The notes under the pieces: generated by a model | What the model saw: only the letters and a program-made list of their open reading frames with translations | What the model was told of the DNA's origin: nothing | Databases searched by the model: none | Shown here: piece after piece, positions 7,023 through 15,708 of the stretch | Numbering within the stretch: position 1 is the first letter of the stretch | Layout: every line of letters begins with the position of its first letter | Made by a program: the position numbers and the translations under genes | Source of the DNA: Campylobacterota bacterium | GTDB taxonomy: Bacteria > Campylobacterota > Campylobacteria > Campylobacterales > Sulfurimonadaceae | Assembly (NCBI GenBank): GCA_034661055.1 | Contig: JAYEKO010000012.1 | Span: forward strand, 1-24,279 | Length of the DNA stretch: 24,279 bases | Direction: 5' to 3'

Positions 7023-8306
7023 TTAAGAGTTTAAAACTTCCGCAATAAGTTCAATAGGGTTTTTAAACACAGTAGATACTTCAGCTTGATGCATTGAGTT
7101 ATTAATCTGCATACGACAGGCACTACACTCTGCTGCTACAACATCTGCCCCCGTATTTTCAATCATTGCTGCCTTTGGTACTCCGGCTGCTTGTGCAAAA
7201 TGAAACTTCTCTGTCTGCATCGTTACTCCACCAAAACCACAACATGCATCTGAATCACTCATCTCAATAATTTCATGATTTTTACTAATTAGATTTCTAG
7301 GTTCTTCATGAATCCCCTGCATCTTTTTAGCATGACATGGATCATGATATGTCACTTTAAGATCACTTCTATTTTTTGAAGCTAATATATCATTTAAATT
7401 AGTATGTTTATCTAGCCACTCTGTTGCCATAAAGATTCTACTTTTTAATTTTACAGCGCGCTCTAGCCACTCAGGCTGGTCATGAAAATAGTGTTCATAA
7501 TCTACACTTAGCATGGCACTACAGGTAGCCTCAGGAACAATAATGGCTTCAACATCATCAATAAAAGTCTCAAAATACGCAATATTCTTTTTTGCATTAT
7601 GATCAACCGTAGCAAAATCGCCTGTAAAATATGCAGGAGCTCCACAACATAGCTGATCTTTAGGAATAAATGCATCGATCTCTAAATATTTTAGAATAGC
7701 TAAGAGTCCAGAACCAATCTCAGTGTAGTTATAATTACCCAAACAGCCAATAAAAATAGCAACTTTACGTTTGCCGCCATTTGCAATATTTTCAGGATTA
7801 GCATTTAAAAAAGAGGTTTTACTCATTGATGGAAGTAAGCGGTCACTTTTAATAAGTGGCAGTGAGAAGCGTGGCTGCATAGAGTCAAGCTCTTTTTTAA
7901 TCTTAAATCCGCAGGTCTGAAAGAGATATCCAAGCTTAAAGAGAATATCCATGGTTCTACGATGACGCAACAGGTAGAAAAATGCCTTTTTAAAAAAAGC
8001 CAAGTCATATTTCTCTGCAAGATCAGAACGCACCTGTTCAATCAACATATCTGTTGGCAGTGATTTAGGGCAGACATCTACACAGTTTGTACATAAAAAA
8101 CAGCTCTCAAAAATATCTTTAGCTGTTTTGTCTAGCTCCAAATGACCTTTTTCATAAGCACCCAAAAGGTCAATAAATCCACGGGGGCTAGTTACCTCAT
8201 CGGCATTAACATTATGAATAGTACAGACAGGAATACATTTACCACACTTTATGCACTGATCTGAAGTCTCAGTAAAGTTAAAAATTTCTTCTGGTGTTTT
8301 TGACAT
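7023..8306 (-). CDS. (Fe-S)-binding oxidoreductase, GlcF/GlpC family
   Basis: Two CxxCxxCxxxC ferredoxin motifs, SPRG, two CCG domains (CCGAP; YHDPCH...CCGFGG) and CSAC. Confidence 0.92.
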   Translation of the reverse strand: MSKTPEEIFNFTETSDQCIKCGKCIPVCTIHNVNADEVTSPRGFIDLLGAYEKGHLELDKTAKDIFESCFLCTNCVDVCPKSLPTDMLIEQVRSDLAEKYDLAFFKKAFFYLLRHRRTMDILFKLGYLFQTCGFKIKKELDSMQPRFSLPLIKSDRLLPSMSKTSFLNANPENIANGGKRKVAIFIGCLGNYNYTEIGSGLLAILKYLEIDAFIPKDQLCCGAPAYFTGDFATVDHNAKKNIAYFETFIDDVEAIIVPEATCSAMLSVDYEHYFHDQPEWLERAVKLKSRIFMATEWLDKHTNLNDILASKNRSDLKVTYHDPCHAKKMQGIHEEPRNLISKNHEIIEMSDSDACCGFGGVTMQTEKFHFAQAAGVPKAAMIENTGADVVAAECSACRMQINNSMHQAEVSTVFKNPIELIAEVLNS

Positions 8307-9674
8307 CTACACCGTCTTTGAAAAAGTTTTCTTTGATGCAGCATGTTTACCCATGTAAGCATCAAATGGCATTGAGATATTTCTAATTAAAAGCGTTCCT
8401 GTTTCAGAACACTCTATTTTATCATCAGTGATACTTACAAGCTCTTCATCTACTAAAGGCTGTAGAGCGTCAATAGCATCAGCAAAATACTCTTTGAAAT
8501 CTATGTTAAACTTTTTCTCAAAGCGTTTAATATCAAGCTTGAAATTACTCATGAGTTCCATAATTACAAATTGACGAATCTGATCATCATCATTTAAAAC
8601 CACTCCACGTTCAAATGGTAATTTTCCTGTTTCAATAGCAGCTTCATATGCTTTCATATCTTTAAAGTTCTGTGCATAATAGTCTCTACCTTCACCAATG
8701 GAGGTCAGACCAATTCCAATTAAATCTGCACCACCTTTGGTTGTGTAACCTTGAAAGTTTCGGTGCAGCTCACCTTTTTTAATGGCTAAAAATAGTTCGT
8801 CTTTAGGCTTTGCAAAGTGATCCATTCCAATCATCTTGTAACCGTTAGAATTTAAGAAGTCGATAGTATGCTGCATAATCTGGAGCTTCTCATCTGGAAG
8901 TGGCAGTGTTGTCTCATCAATCTTGCGCATTGTTTTTTTCATCCATGGAACATGCGCATAATTAAAGACAGCAAAACGGTCAGGGTTTAAAGTTATTGCT
9001 AACTCAAGTGTCTTTTTGAACGTCTCTAGTGACTGATAAGGAAGACCGTAAATAAGATCAATATTAACACTTTTCATCTTATACTTACGAGCTAGCTCCA
9101 TGGCATCTTTTGAAATCTCATATGACTGCACACGGTGAACTGCCACTTGAACTTTCTCATCAAAATCTTGAATACCGTAACTAACACGATTAAACCCGCC
9201 CTCACTCAACACTTTCATCTGCGCTTCATTAATATGGCGAGGGTCTATCTCGCAACTTATCTCAGCATCTTTTCTAAACTTTTTAAAGTACGAACGAATC
9301 ATCTTAATAACTTCTGCTAGCTGATCTGCAGTAAAAAATGTTGGAGTTCCTCCACCAAAATGAAGTTGAATAACTTCGCGTGACATGTCAAGATGTTTAC
9401 TTAAAATCTCCATCTCCTGCTTAAGGTAGTCAATATAACGTAACATCTTCTCCTCTTTAGAAGTAAAGACTACATTACAACCACAAAAATAACAGGCATT
9501 ACGACAAAATGGTAGGTGAAAATAGAGAGAGAGTGGTCGTTTCTTATCTTGATTTTCTATTTTTGATATGTACTCATCATACCCGTAAGCATTGCTAAAT
9601 TCTAGAGCTGTTGGATAACTAGTATAACGTGGACCGGGTTTGGAATATTTTGTAAATTTTGCAAAATCAAGCAT
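8307..9674 (-). CDS. hemN: Oxygen-independent coproporphyrinogen III oxidase (radical SAM)
   Basis: GPRYTSYP, HLPFCRNACYFCGC, HFGGGTP, IGMDHFA, RNFQGYTT. Start placed at ATG 9674 (RBS AGGT) rather than TTG 9689. Confidence 0.96.
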   Translation of the reverse strand: MLDFAKFTKYSKPGPRYTSYPTALEFSNAYGYDEYISKIENQDKKRPLSLYFHLPFCRNACYFCGCNVVFTSKEEKMLRYIDYLKQEMEILSKHLDMSREVIQLHFGGGTPTFFTADQLAEVIKMIRSYFKKFRKDAEISCEIDPRHINEAQMKVLSEGGFNRVSYGIQDFDEKVQVAVHRVQSYEISKDAMELARKYKMKSVNIDLIYGLPYQSLETFKKTLELAITLNPDRFAVFNYAHVPWMKKTMRKIDETTLPLPDEKLQIMQHTIDFLNSNGYKMIGMDHFAKPKDELFLAIKKGELHRNFQGYTTKGGADLIGIGLTSIGEGRDYYAQNFKDMKAYEAAIETGKLPFERGVVLNDDDQIRQFVIMELMSNFKLDIKRFEKKFNIDFKEYFADAIDALQPLVDEELVSITDDKIECSETGTLLIRNISMPFDAYMGKHAASKKTFSKTV

Positions 9675-9802
9675 TATGAGACCTATCAATAATAAAGTTA
9701 ATACGCGATTATGCCTTGGGATGGTTAAAAATGTGCTAAAAGAAGTGAGTTATTTTAAAATTTTAGATTTCAATGGAAAAGTTTCAGTCATTATAGTATG
9801 AG

Positions 9803-9830
9803 AAAACACAGCAAAGATTTACTGTGTTTT
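9803..9830 (-). terminator. Probable intrinsic terminator of the sqr operon
   Basis: Inverted repeat AAAACACAG/CTGTGTTTT 5 bp after the stop of the small ORF. Confidence 0.7.
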
Positions 9831-9835
9831 ATATA

Positions 9836-10033
9836 TTAGTGGTGGCTTTTTAAGATTAAAATAGTCATCTTAATATTAATAGCAATAAATCTCACAGCTT
9901 GCCAGAGAACACATGTTCTAAGGAACTTTTGTGTACCTAGCGGTACCATCGTAGAGTATTGAGGGCTGTATGGCTCAATATGCTGCACATGAGAACTATG
10001 TTTACACGCATCTTCTTCTGTTTTATTACTCAT
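9836..10033 (-). CDS. Small hypothetical protein (65 aa) co-transcribed with sqr
   Basis: RBS AGGAG, 16 bp after the sqr stop and followed by a terminator. The C-terminus FLRTCVLWQAVRFIAINIKM is amphipathic. Confidence 0.8.
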   Translation of the reverse strand: MSNKTEEDACKHSSHVQHIEPYSPQYSTMVPLGTQKFLRTCVLWQAVRFIAINIKMTILILKSHH

Positions 10034-10049
10034 ATTTTTCTCCTATTTT

Positions 10050-11522
10050 CTATTCAGGGATTAATGCCCAGCCTGGTTTAAGCTGTGCTTTCCATATAAA
10101 TGCATGGTGCAGTAGGTGTTTTACCCAGTGCGCTGCAAGACCAATTTCGCCAGTTGTACCGTTAATATCACGTCCTGTTCCAGGATATTTTTTAAAGTCA
10201 GGAATAATTGGAAAGACGGTCATAGCCGCTGCTGTTCCAGAGAAGAGTCCTTTACCAGCTGAAGCGACACATGCCGCTCCCATCTCTGCCATACTTGAGG
10301 TATGCGTCGGCTCGTCTGATTTACCTTTCATCATATCACAAATACTGGCAGTAACTGCTTTACCCATCATAGCTGAAGGCATACCGGTTCGTGGAGGTGT
10401 TGGAACAATTGGTGTACCATTTGGTGACTTCATTGGCTTAGAAATAGGGTGCGGTGGTGCAAATGCAATACCTGCTGCAAACATATTTTTGTATGTTGGG
10501 TTTTGGAGTGTACGTGGCCAATCTGATGGCAACCACTCTTCATAAGGTTTTGGTGTATAATCAGCATCAACTTTCATAAATGCATTTGGAGCAAATACAA
10601 CATCAGTAATATCTTCTCCTGCTTTATTGTACGCTTTCATACCAGCACCGGCAAATGGTGGAATCAACATCGCAAAATCAAACTCTTGCTCATCCATCGT
10701 TCCATCTAGTGACTCATACGTCACTTTACCCTCTTCAACTTTATTAACGTGTGCACCAATAATCCAGTCCATACCACGCTCTGCATAAAGTGACTCAGCA
10801 AAGACTTTAGATGAAGTTACAAATCCTCCCATACTAAAGTGAAGTCCACCCATACCAAAGTCACCCAAGAATGACTCATTAGAGATCCAGATCATATCTG
10901 CCATATCTCTAACACCCTCTTCTTGAAGTTTATGCTCAATATTAAAGATGTACTCAAATGCAGCACCTTGGCAGGTACACATACCATGCCCTGTACCAAT
11001 TAAAAATGTCTGTCTCTCACCAGCACGCATTTTTTCAATACATACCTGAAGCTCATCAGCTGCATGCACTGCATGATCTGCTGTACATACAGATACCGTA
11101 TGTTCACCCAACTGACCACTTCCATTACCCAAACCTGGAGTCGCATCAAAGTTTAGTTTTGGACCCGTTGCATTAATTAAATAGTCAAACTCTAACTCTT
11201 CTGTTTCACCCTCTTTTTCTTGACCAGTGTACTCAATGGTTACAAATGGACCATTGATTGAATCGCTACCTTCAGGATTGATTGAAACTGCTTTTGCTTG
11301 TCTATAATCTGCTTTTGCTTTATCATAAACTGGAGCAAGGTCAAAAGTGACCTCTTCCTTACTCATCGCACCAACACCTACCCAAATGTTCGATGGAATC
11401 CAGTTCCATTTTGCGTTTGGAGTTACTACTACTACTTCATGCTCAGACCCAAGCCACTTTGTAGCAAATGATGCTGCAGTATGCCCTGCAACACCTGCAC
11501 CAAGAATTACTAATCTTGCCAT
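10050..11522 (-). CDS. sqr: Sulfide:quinone oxidoreductase
   Basis: FAD motif GAGVAG, WIPSNIWV, ATGPKL, cysteines in SVCT, CTCQGAAFEY and ACVASAG, plus MLIPPF and PPRTG; 490 aa; RBS AAGGGGAG. Confidence 0.92.
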   Translation of the reverse strand: MARLVILGAGVAGHTAASFATKWLGSEHEVVVVTPNAKWNWIPSNIWVGVGAMSKEEVTFDLAPVYDKAKADYRQAKAVSINPEGSDSINGPFVTIEYTGQEKEGETEELEFDYLINATGPKLNFDATPGLGNGSGQLGEHTVSVCTADHAVHAADELQVCIEKMRAGERQTFLIGTGHGMCTCQGAAFEYIFNIEHKLQEEGVRDMADMIWISNESFLGDFGMGGLHFSMGGFVTSSKVFAESLYAERGMDWIIGAHVNKVEEGKVTYESLDGTMDEQEFDFAMLIPPFAGAGMKAYNKAGEDITDVVFAPNAFMKVDADYTPKPYEEWLPSDWPRTLQNPTYKNMFAAGIAFAPPHPISKPMKSPNGTPIVPTPPRTGMPSAMMGKAVTASICDMMKGKSDEPTHTSSMAEMGAACVASAGKGLFSGTAAAMTVFPIIPDFKKYPGTGRDINGTTGEIGLAAHWVKHLLHHAFIWKAQLKPGWALIPE

Positions 11523-11587
11523 ATGCTCCCCTTAATATAATTTATAAGTTGACGTTATAACTATTGCTTATATCATCAAAGTGGCCT

Positions 11588-11684
11588 AGTATAGTAAAAA
11601 TTTATAAAATTAAATTTAAAACTATAGAATAGTTTTCATTTTGTTTAATAAAAAAGTGATTATGGGTAAATTACAATTTGTAAT
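11588..11684 (-). promoter_or_regulatory. Candidate sqr promoter (-10 TATACT) with two upstream palindromes
   Basis: TATACT on the - strand at 11588-11593; AAAACTAT-N3-ATAGTTTT (11618-11636); ATTACAA-T-TTGTAAT (11670-11684). Confidence 0.4.
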
Positions 11685-11711
11685 AAAACTTAGGGTTATT
11701 ATTGTTATAAC

Positions 11712-14312
11712 CTACTGCTTTAATATTTTTTCAACTATTTCATAAACATTTTTAGAAAGCGAAGGCACTGCAATGATTTTCTCTAGTGACTGCTTCATCA
11801 ATTTTTGATTTGAACTGTTCATTTTTTTGTAAGATTTAAATGCACCAGAAAGTCCTGAGGCAATAGCTGGGTTAATGCTATCAAGTTCAATGATTTTATC
11901 GGCTATAAGCTCATATCCATGACCATCTTTTGCATGAAAATGTAGATGGTTTCGTGCAAAAACTCCAAAAAGAGAGCGTACCAAATTTGGTACTTTAATG
12001 TCAAAGCAGGCATCATTTTGTAATGCAAGAACCCTATCAAGCGTCCCATTTCTTTGAGATGAAGAGAGAATGGCAAAGTATTTGTTCATCGTCAATGTAT
12101 CATTTTTATACTTAGTGTAAAAATCTTCAAGCGCTAAGATGGAGTGCTCCGGTGCAAAATTTTCTAAGAGATCCAGAGCAACAAAACGATCAGTCATTGT
12201 CACGGAGTCATAGTATTGCATTTGACAAAGCGTCATCACTTCAGAATTTTCAAGCCGCATTAAATAACTAAGAACTCTATTTTTAAGAGCACGCTTACCC
12301 ATACTTGTAGCATCTAAATTACTATTTTTTGGCTCATGTAGTTCATTGTAGAGCGCTAGCATCTGAATTTTACATGTAGATGCTAGTGTTAGTATTAAGC
12401 TCTCTTTTGCACTCTGCAGTATTGGTACATCTATAGGAGACTGTTCTTGCATTAGGGTACTTAGTGTTGGTATCTCCAAGAGCTGAGCTTTAAAAAGTAA
12501 ATCGATACTGCTATCTTTTAAAATAGAACGAAAGGCTTCAATAAATTTTTTATCTATCTCTTTATTGTTTATAATCTTAAAAATAGTGTTAACTGCCTCT
12601 TCCTGTGCTGCTTCATAACGGATAAAACCGTCATCATCATACTGCATTAAAAAAGTGTTATCAACTCCATTTACATGTAATTTTATTGGGGCGCTGTAGT
12701 TACGATTAAAAGAGAGATGACAGTCATTTTCTACATTATTAAATACAAATATCTCTTCTTCTTGAGTAATGAGTAAAATATTACGTTTAATTAATGACTG
12801 ACTATCTACATGTAACTCTATCTTTTCACCATCTTTATTTAAAAGAGCTATTTGAAGTGGGTACATATAGGCTTTTTGAGCATTTCCATCAACATCATTA
12901 GGAATAATCTGTTTACATGTAATTTTAAGCTGCTTCATCTGTGCATCATAAATTTTATCTACATGTAATTCTGGAGTACGCATCTGTGAGTACCATAGTT
13001 TAAATTGTTTTAAGTCCAATACAGTATTCTCCTGCATAGCCCAGAAGAAATCTTCAGTTCTAACTGCTTGTCCATCAAATGTTTTAAAATAGAGGTCCAT
13101 TGCACTTCGGTAGGCCTTCTCACCTAAAAGCGTATGAAACATACGAATCACCTCAGCACCTTTTTCATAAACAGTAGCCGTATAGAAATTATTAATCTCC
13201 ATATAAGAATTAGGTTTAATACTATGGGCAGTTGGACCAGCATCTTCAACAAACTGTCGTTCACGAAGTGATTTAACATCATCAATTCTCTGAACCACTT
13301 TAGAGTTCATATCGGCACTAAAACTCTGATCACGAAAAACAGTGAGTCCCTCTTTAAGCGTAAGCTGAAACCAGTCTCTACATGTAATTCTATTGCCTGT
13401 CCAATTATGAAAATATTCATGAGCAATCACACTCTGTATTCCTAGAAAATTTTGATCTGTTGCAGTATCTGTATTGGCTAAGACATAAACGGAGTTAAAA
13501 ACATTTAAACCTTTATTCTCCATAGCTCCCATATTGAAACTATCGACTGCTACAATGTTATAAATTTCTAAATCATACTCTCGACCATAAACCTCTTCAT
13601 CCCATTTCATAGAGTCTTTAAGTGCCTGCATGGCATGAGTACACTTACTCTCATTTCCTTTATCACAATAAATATTGAGTTCTATTTTACGAGAACTGCA
13701 TGTTATAAAGGAGTCATTAACTACACCCAAATCTCCAGCTACAAGAGCAAAAAGATAAGATGGCTTTAAAAAAGGATCTTCCCAAATAGCAAAATGGCGA
13801 TTATCTTCAAGCTCCCCAGCTTCACCACGATTACCATTACTTAGTAGCACAGGAAATGCTTTTTTATCTGCAATGACTTTGGTTGTAAAACGTGTCATTA
13901 CATCAGGGCGATCTAAAAAGTATGTAATTCGACGAAATCCTTCAGGTTCATTTTGAGTACAAAAAATTCCACCTGAAAGATAGAGACCTTCTAGCTCTGT
14001 ATTTTCATGAGGCAAGATAGTTGTAACTATCTTAATAACTGATGGAAATTCTAGATTTTTAAGGGTTAATTTCGTATCATTAACGTCATAATCATTATGT
14101 TTTAGCTCAATGTCATTGACAAAGAGGCTATCTAATTGAAGTTTTTCACCAAGAAGTGTTAAAGAGGGGGTATGAACTTCTTTGGAATTTACATGTAATA
14201 TCGAAGTTACAACAGTTTTTTTGTCATAAATATCAAACTCTAAATCACATTGAATAATTTCAAATGCAGAGGGTATGTAATCTTTTAAATAGGTAATTTT
14301 AGTATCAGTCAT
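11712..14312 (-). CDS. pepN: Aminopeptidase N (M1 family)
   Basis: GAMEN, zinc motif HEYFHNWTGNRITCRDWFQLTLKEG, NFYTATVYEKGAE. Start moved from 14366 to 14312 (or GTG 14315) because an extended -10 lies at 14338-14346. Confidence 0.96.
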   Translation of the reverse strand: MTDTKITYLKDYIPSAFEIIQCDLEFDIYDKKTVVTSILHVNSKEVHTPSLTLLGEKLQLDSLFVNDIELKHNDYDVNDTKLTLKNLEFPSVIKIVTTILPHENTELEGLYLSGGIFCTQNEPEGFRRITYFLDRPDVMTRFTTKVIADKKAFPVLLSNGNRGEAGELEDNRHFAIWEDPFLKPSYLFALVAGDLGVVNDSFITCSSRKIELNIYCDKGNESKCTHAMQALKDSMKWDEEVYGREYDLEIYNIVAVDSFNMGAMENKGLNVFNSVYVLANTDTATDQNFLGIQSVIAHEYFHNWTGNRITCRDWFQLTLKEGLTVFRDQSFSADMNSKVVQRIDDVKSLRERQFVEDAGPTAHSIKPNSYMEINNFYTATVYEKGAEVIRMFHTLLGEKAYRSAMDLYFKTFDGQAVRTEDFFWAMQENTVLDLKQFKLWYSQMRTPELHVDKIYDAQMKQLKITCKQIIPNDVDGNAQKAYMYPLQIALLNKDGEKIELHVDSQSLIKRNILLITQEEEIFVFNNVENDCHLSFNRNYSAPIKLHVNGVDNTFLMQYDDDGFIRYEAAQEEAVNTIFKIINNKEIDKKFIEAFRSILKDSSIDLLFKAQLLEIPTLSTLMQEQSPIDVPILQSAKESLILTLASTCKIQMLALYNELHEPKNSNLDATSMGKRALKNRVLSYLMRLENSEVMTLCQMQYYDSVTMTDRFVALDLLENFAPEHSILALEDFYTKYKNDTLTMNKYFAILSSSQRNGTLDRVLALQNDACFDIKVPNLVRSLFGVFARNHLHFHAKDGHGYELIADKIIELDSINPAIASGLSGAFKSYKKMNSSNQKLMKQSLEKIIAVPSLSKNVYEIVEKILKQ

Positions 14313-14337
14313 CACGTATCCGTATAATTTTTTCGTA

Positions 14338-14346
14338 ATCATATCA
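14338..14346 (-). promoter_or_regulatory. Extended -10 (TG-A-TATGAT) for pepN
   Basis: Reverse complement of ATCATATCA, about 25 bp upstream of the likely start. Confidence 0.4.
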
Positions 14347-14380
14347 TACGAATAAGTAATGGGCACCTCTAATATTTGAC

Positions 14381-14902
14381 TTAGACTTCTACCCCTACGA
14401 TTTTGTCAATAATAAAACGACTCAAATCACGATGATGAATATCTTTTGCTAAAGCTTCCTTATAAAACGTAGCCACTTCCCTAGAGTGTTTTGCATAAGA
14501 GAAGTGTGGAAAATGTAATTTCCAGCCATCTTTAATACGTCTAATAGTCTTTAATTCAACCAAATACTCTTTAAATAGTGTAAAAGAAGCAAAAAACAGT
14601 GCCGTGAAAAGTACCGCTACAATAATTAATAGATGGCAGTCAATATGAATCAATACGGAATGGAAAATGACGGTAAGCGGAAGAATAAAGAGGTGCATAA
14701 AAGCTATAAAAACAATATACATTCGCCCTAATTTCATTCTATAACCTAAAAGATTTGCATCAACAGGCATGCCATCAATATGTACTTTATTTGCCTGCAT
14801 CAACTCTTCAAAACGTATCGGGTCCTCTGAGACACGAAAGACATATGGCAAAATAACATTATCTACAAAAGCTCTAATTTTTTCAATCATAATACTATCC
14901 AT
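14381..14902 (-). CDS. Hypothetical membrane protein (2 TM helices)
   Basis: 173-aa ORF with two hydrophobic segments and a C-terminal W..HFPHF.Y motif; co-oriented between the PPIase and pepN. Confidence 0.8.
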   Translation of the reverse strand: MDSIMIEKIRAFVDNVILPYVFRVSEDPIRFEELMQANKVHIDGMPVDANLLGYRMKLGRMYIVFIAFMHLFILPLTVIFHSVLIHIDCHLLIIVAVLFTALFFASFTLFKEYLVELKTIRRIKDGWKLHFPHFSYAKHSREVATFYKEALAKDIHHRDLSRFIIDKIVGVEV

Positions 14903-14917
14903 TCTTAAGATACAATT

Positions 14918-15607
14918 TTATCTTTTTATCTTTAAAAGTTCCACATCAAAAAGCAGTGTGGCACCTGGAACAATACTTGGAGGTGCCCCACGGTCGCCAT
15001 AAGCAAGTTCAGATGGAATCACCAGTTGCCACTTGTCCCCTACTTTCATTTTTTGCAGTGCTTCAGTCCATCCTTTAATGACACCGTTAATTGGAAAACT
15101 TACCGCCTCTCCTCTGTCATAAGAGCTATCAAAAACAGTACCGTCAATTAACGTACCATGATAATGAGTCACTACTGTATCGGTCAATTTTGGAGACTTT
15201 CCACTGCCTGATTTAATAACTTTGTACTGTAAACCACTTGGCAAGGTAGTAACACCCTTTTTTTTCTTATTAGCTGCTAGAAATGCGCGACCCTCTTTTT
15301 TATTAGCATCCATAAGACGTTTCATCATAACCACTTCATTTTTCTTCTTACTCTCTTGAAAAGCCTGCATAGCAGTACGCATCTCTTCTGGACTCAGTTT
15401 TGGCTTAGCGCCACTAAAAACATCTTGCATCCCAAGCTTCATAGCATCTAAATCAAGATCATCTTTAGAGACAATAAGCTGCTTTGCCATCTCAATTCCA
15501 ATAATATAACCTGCTTTTTCTTTTTGTGTCTTCAAAGCACTCTGTGCCACTGCTGCTGTTGTTAACAGACCTGTACAGATTGCAATTACATGTAATTTAT
15601 TTATCAT
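14918..15607 (-). CDS. FKBP-type peptidyl-prolyl cis-trans isomerase (Mip/FkpA/FklB-like), exported
   Basis: Signal peptide, FKBP_N region, SGLQY, HYHGTLIDGTVFDSS, VIKGWTEAL, IPSELAYG, FDVELL. Confidence 0.95.
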   Translation of the reverse strand: MINKLHVIAICTGLLTTAAVAQSALKTQKEKAGYIIGIEMAKQLIVSKDDLDLDAMKLGMQDVFSGAKPKLSPEEMRTAMQAFQESKKKNEVVMMKRLMDANKKEGRAFLAANKKKKGVTTLPSGLQYKVIKSGSGKSPKLTDTVVTHYHGTLIDGTVFDSSYDRGEAVSFPINGVIKGWTEALQKMKVGDKWQLVIPSELAYGDRGAPPSIVPGATLLFDVELLKIKR

Positions 15608-15628
15608 TGTTTACCCTTTTAAAGCAAA

Positions 15629-15681
15629 AGTATAACAAGGGTTTGTTAAATATGAAGATACAATCGTAATTTTGCTACAAT
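15629..15681. promoter_or_regulatory. Back-to-back extended -10 promoters for the PPIase operon (-) and the reductase (+)
   Basis: On the - strand, TG-T-TATACT (15629-15637); on the + strand, TG-C-TACAAT (15673-15681). Confidence 0.5.
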
Positions 15682-15708
15682 CTAACTCTTAAGAAAACTG
15701 GAGTGATT

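Noticed and set aside
9970..10545. 191-aa + strand ORF
   Set aside because: Antisense shadow of sqr with no independent signals.
11618..11636. Palindrome as a difH (XerH) site
   Set aside because: It has AAAA/TTTT arms, but the spacing and flanks do not fit difH as I know it, and it sits in the sqr promoter region.
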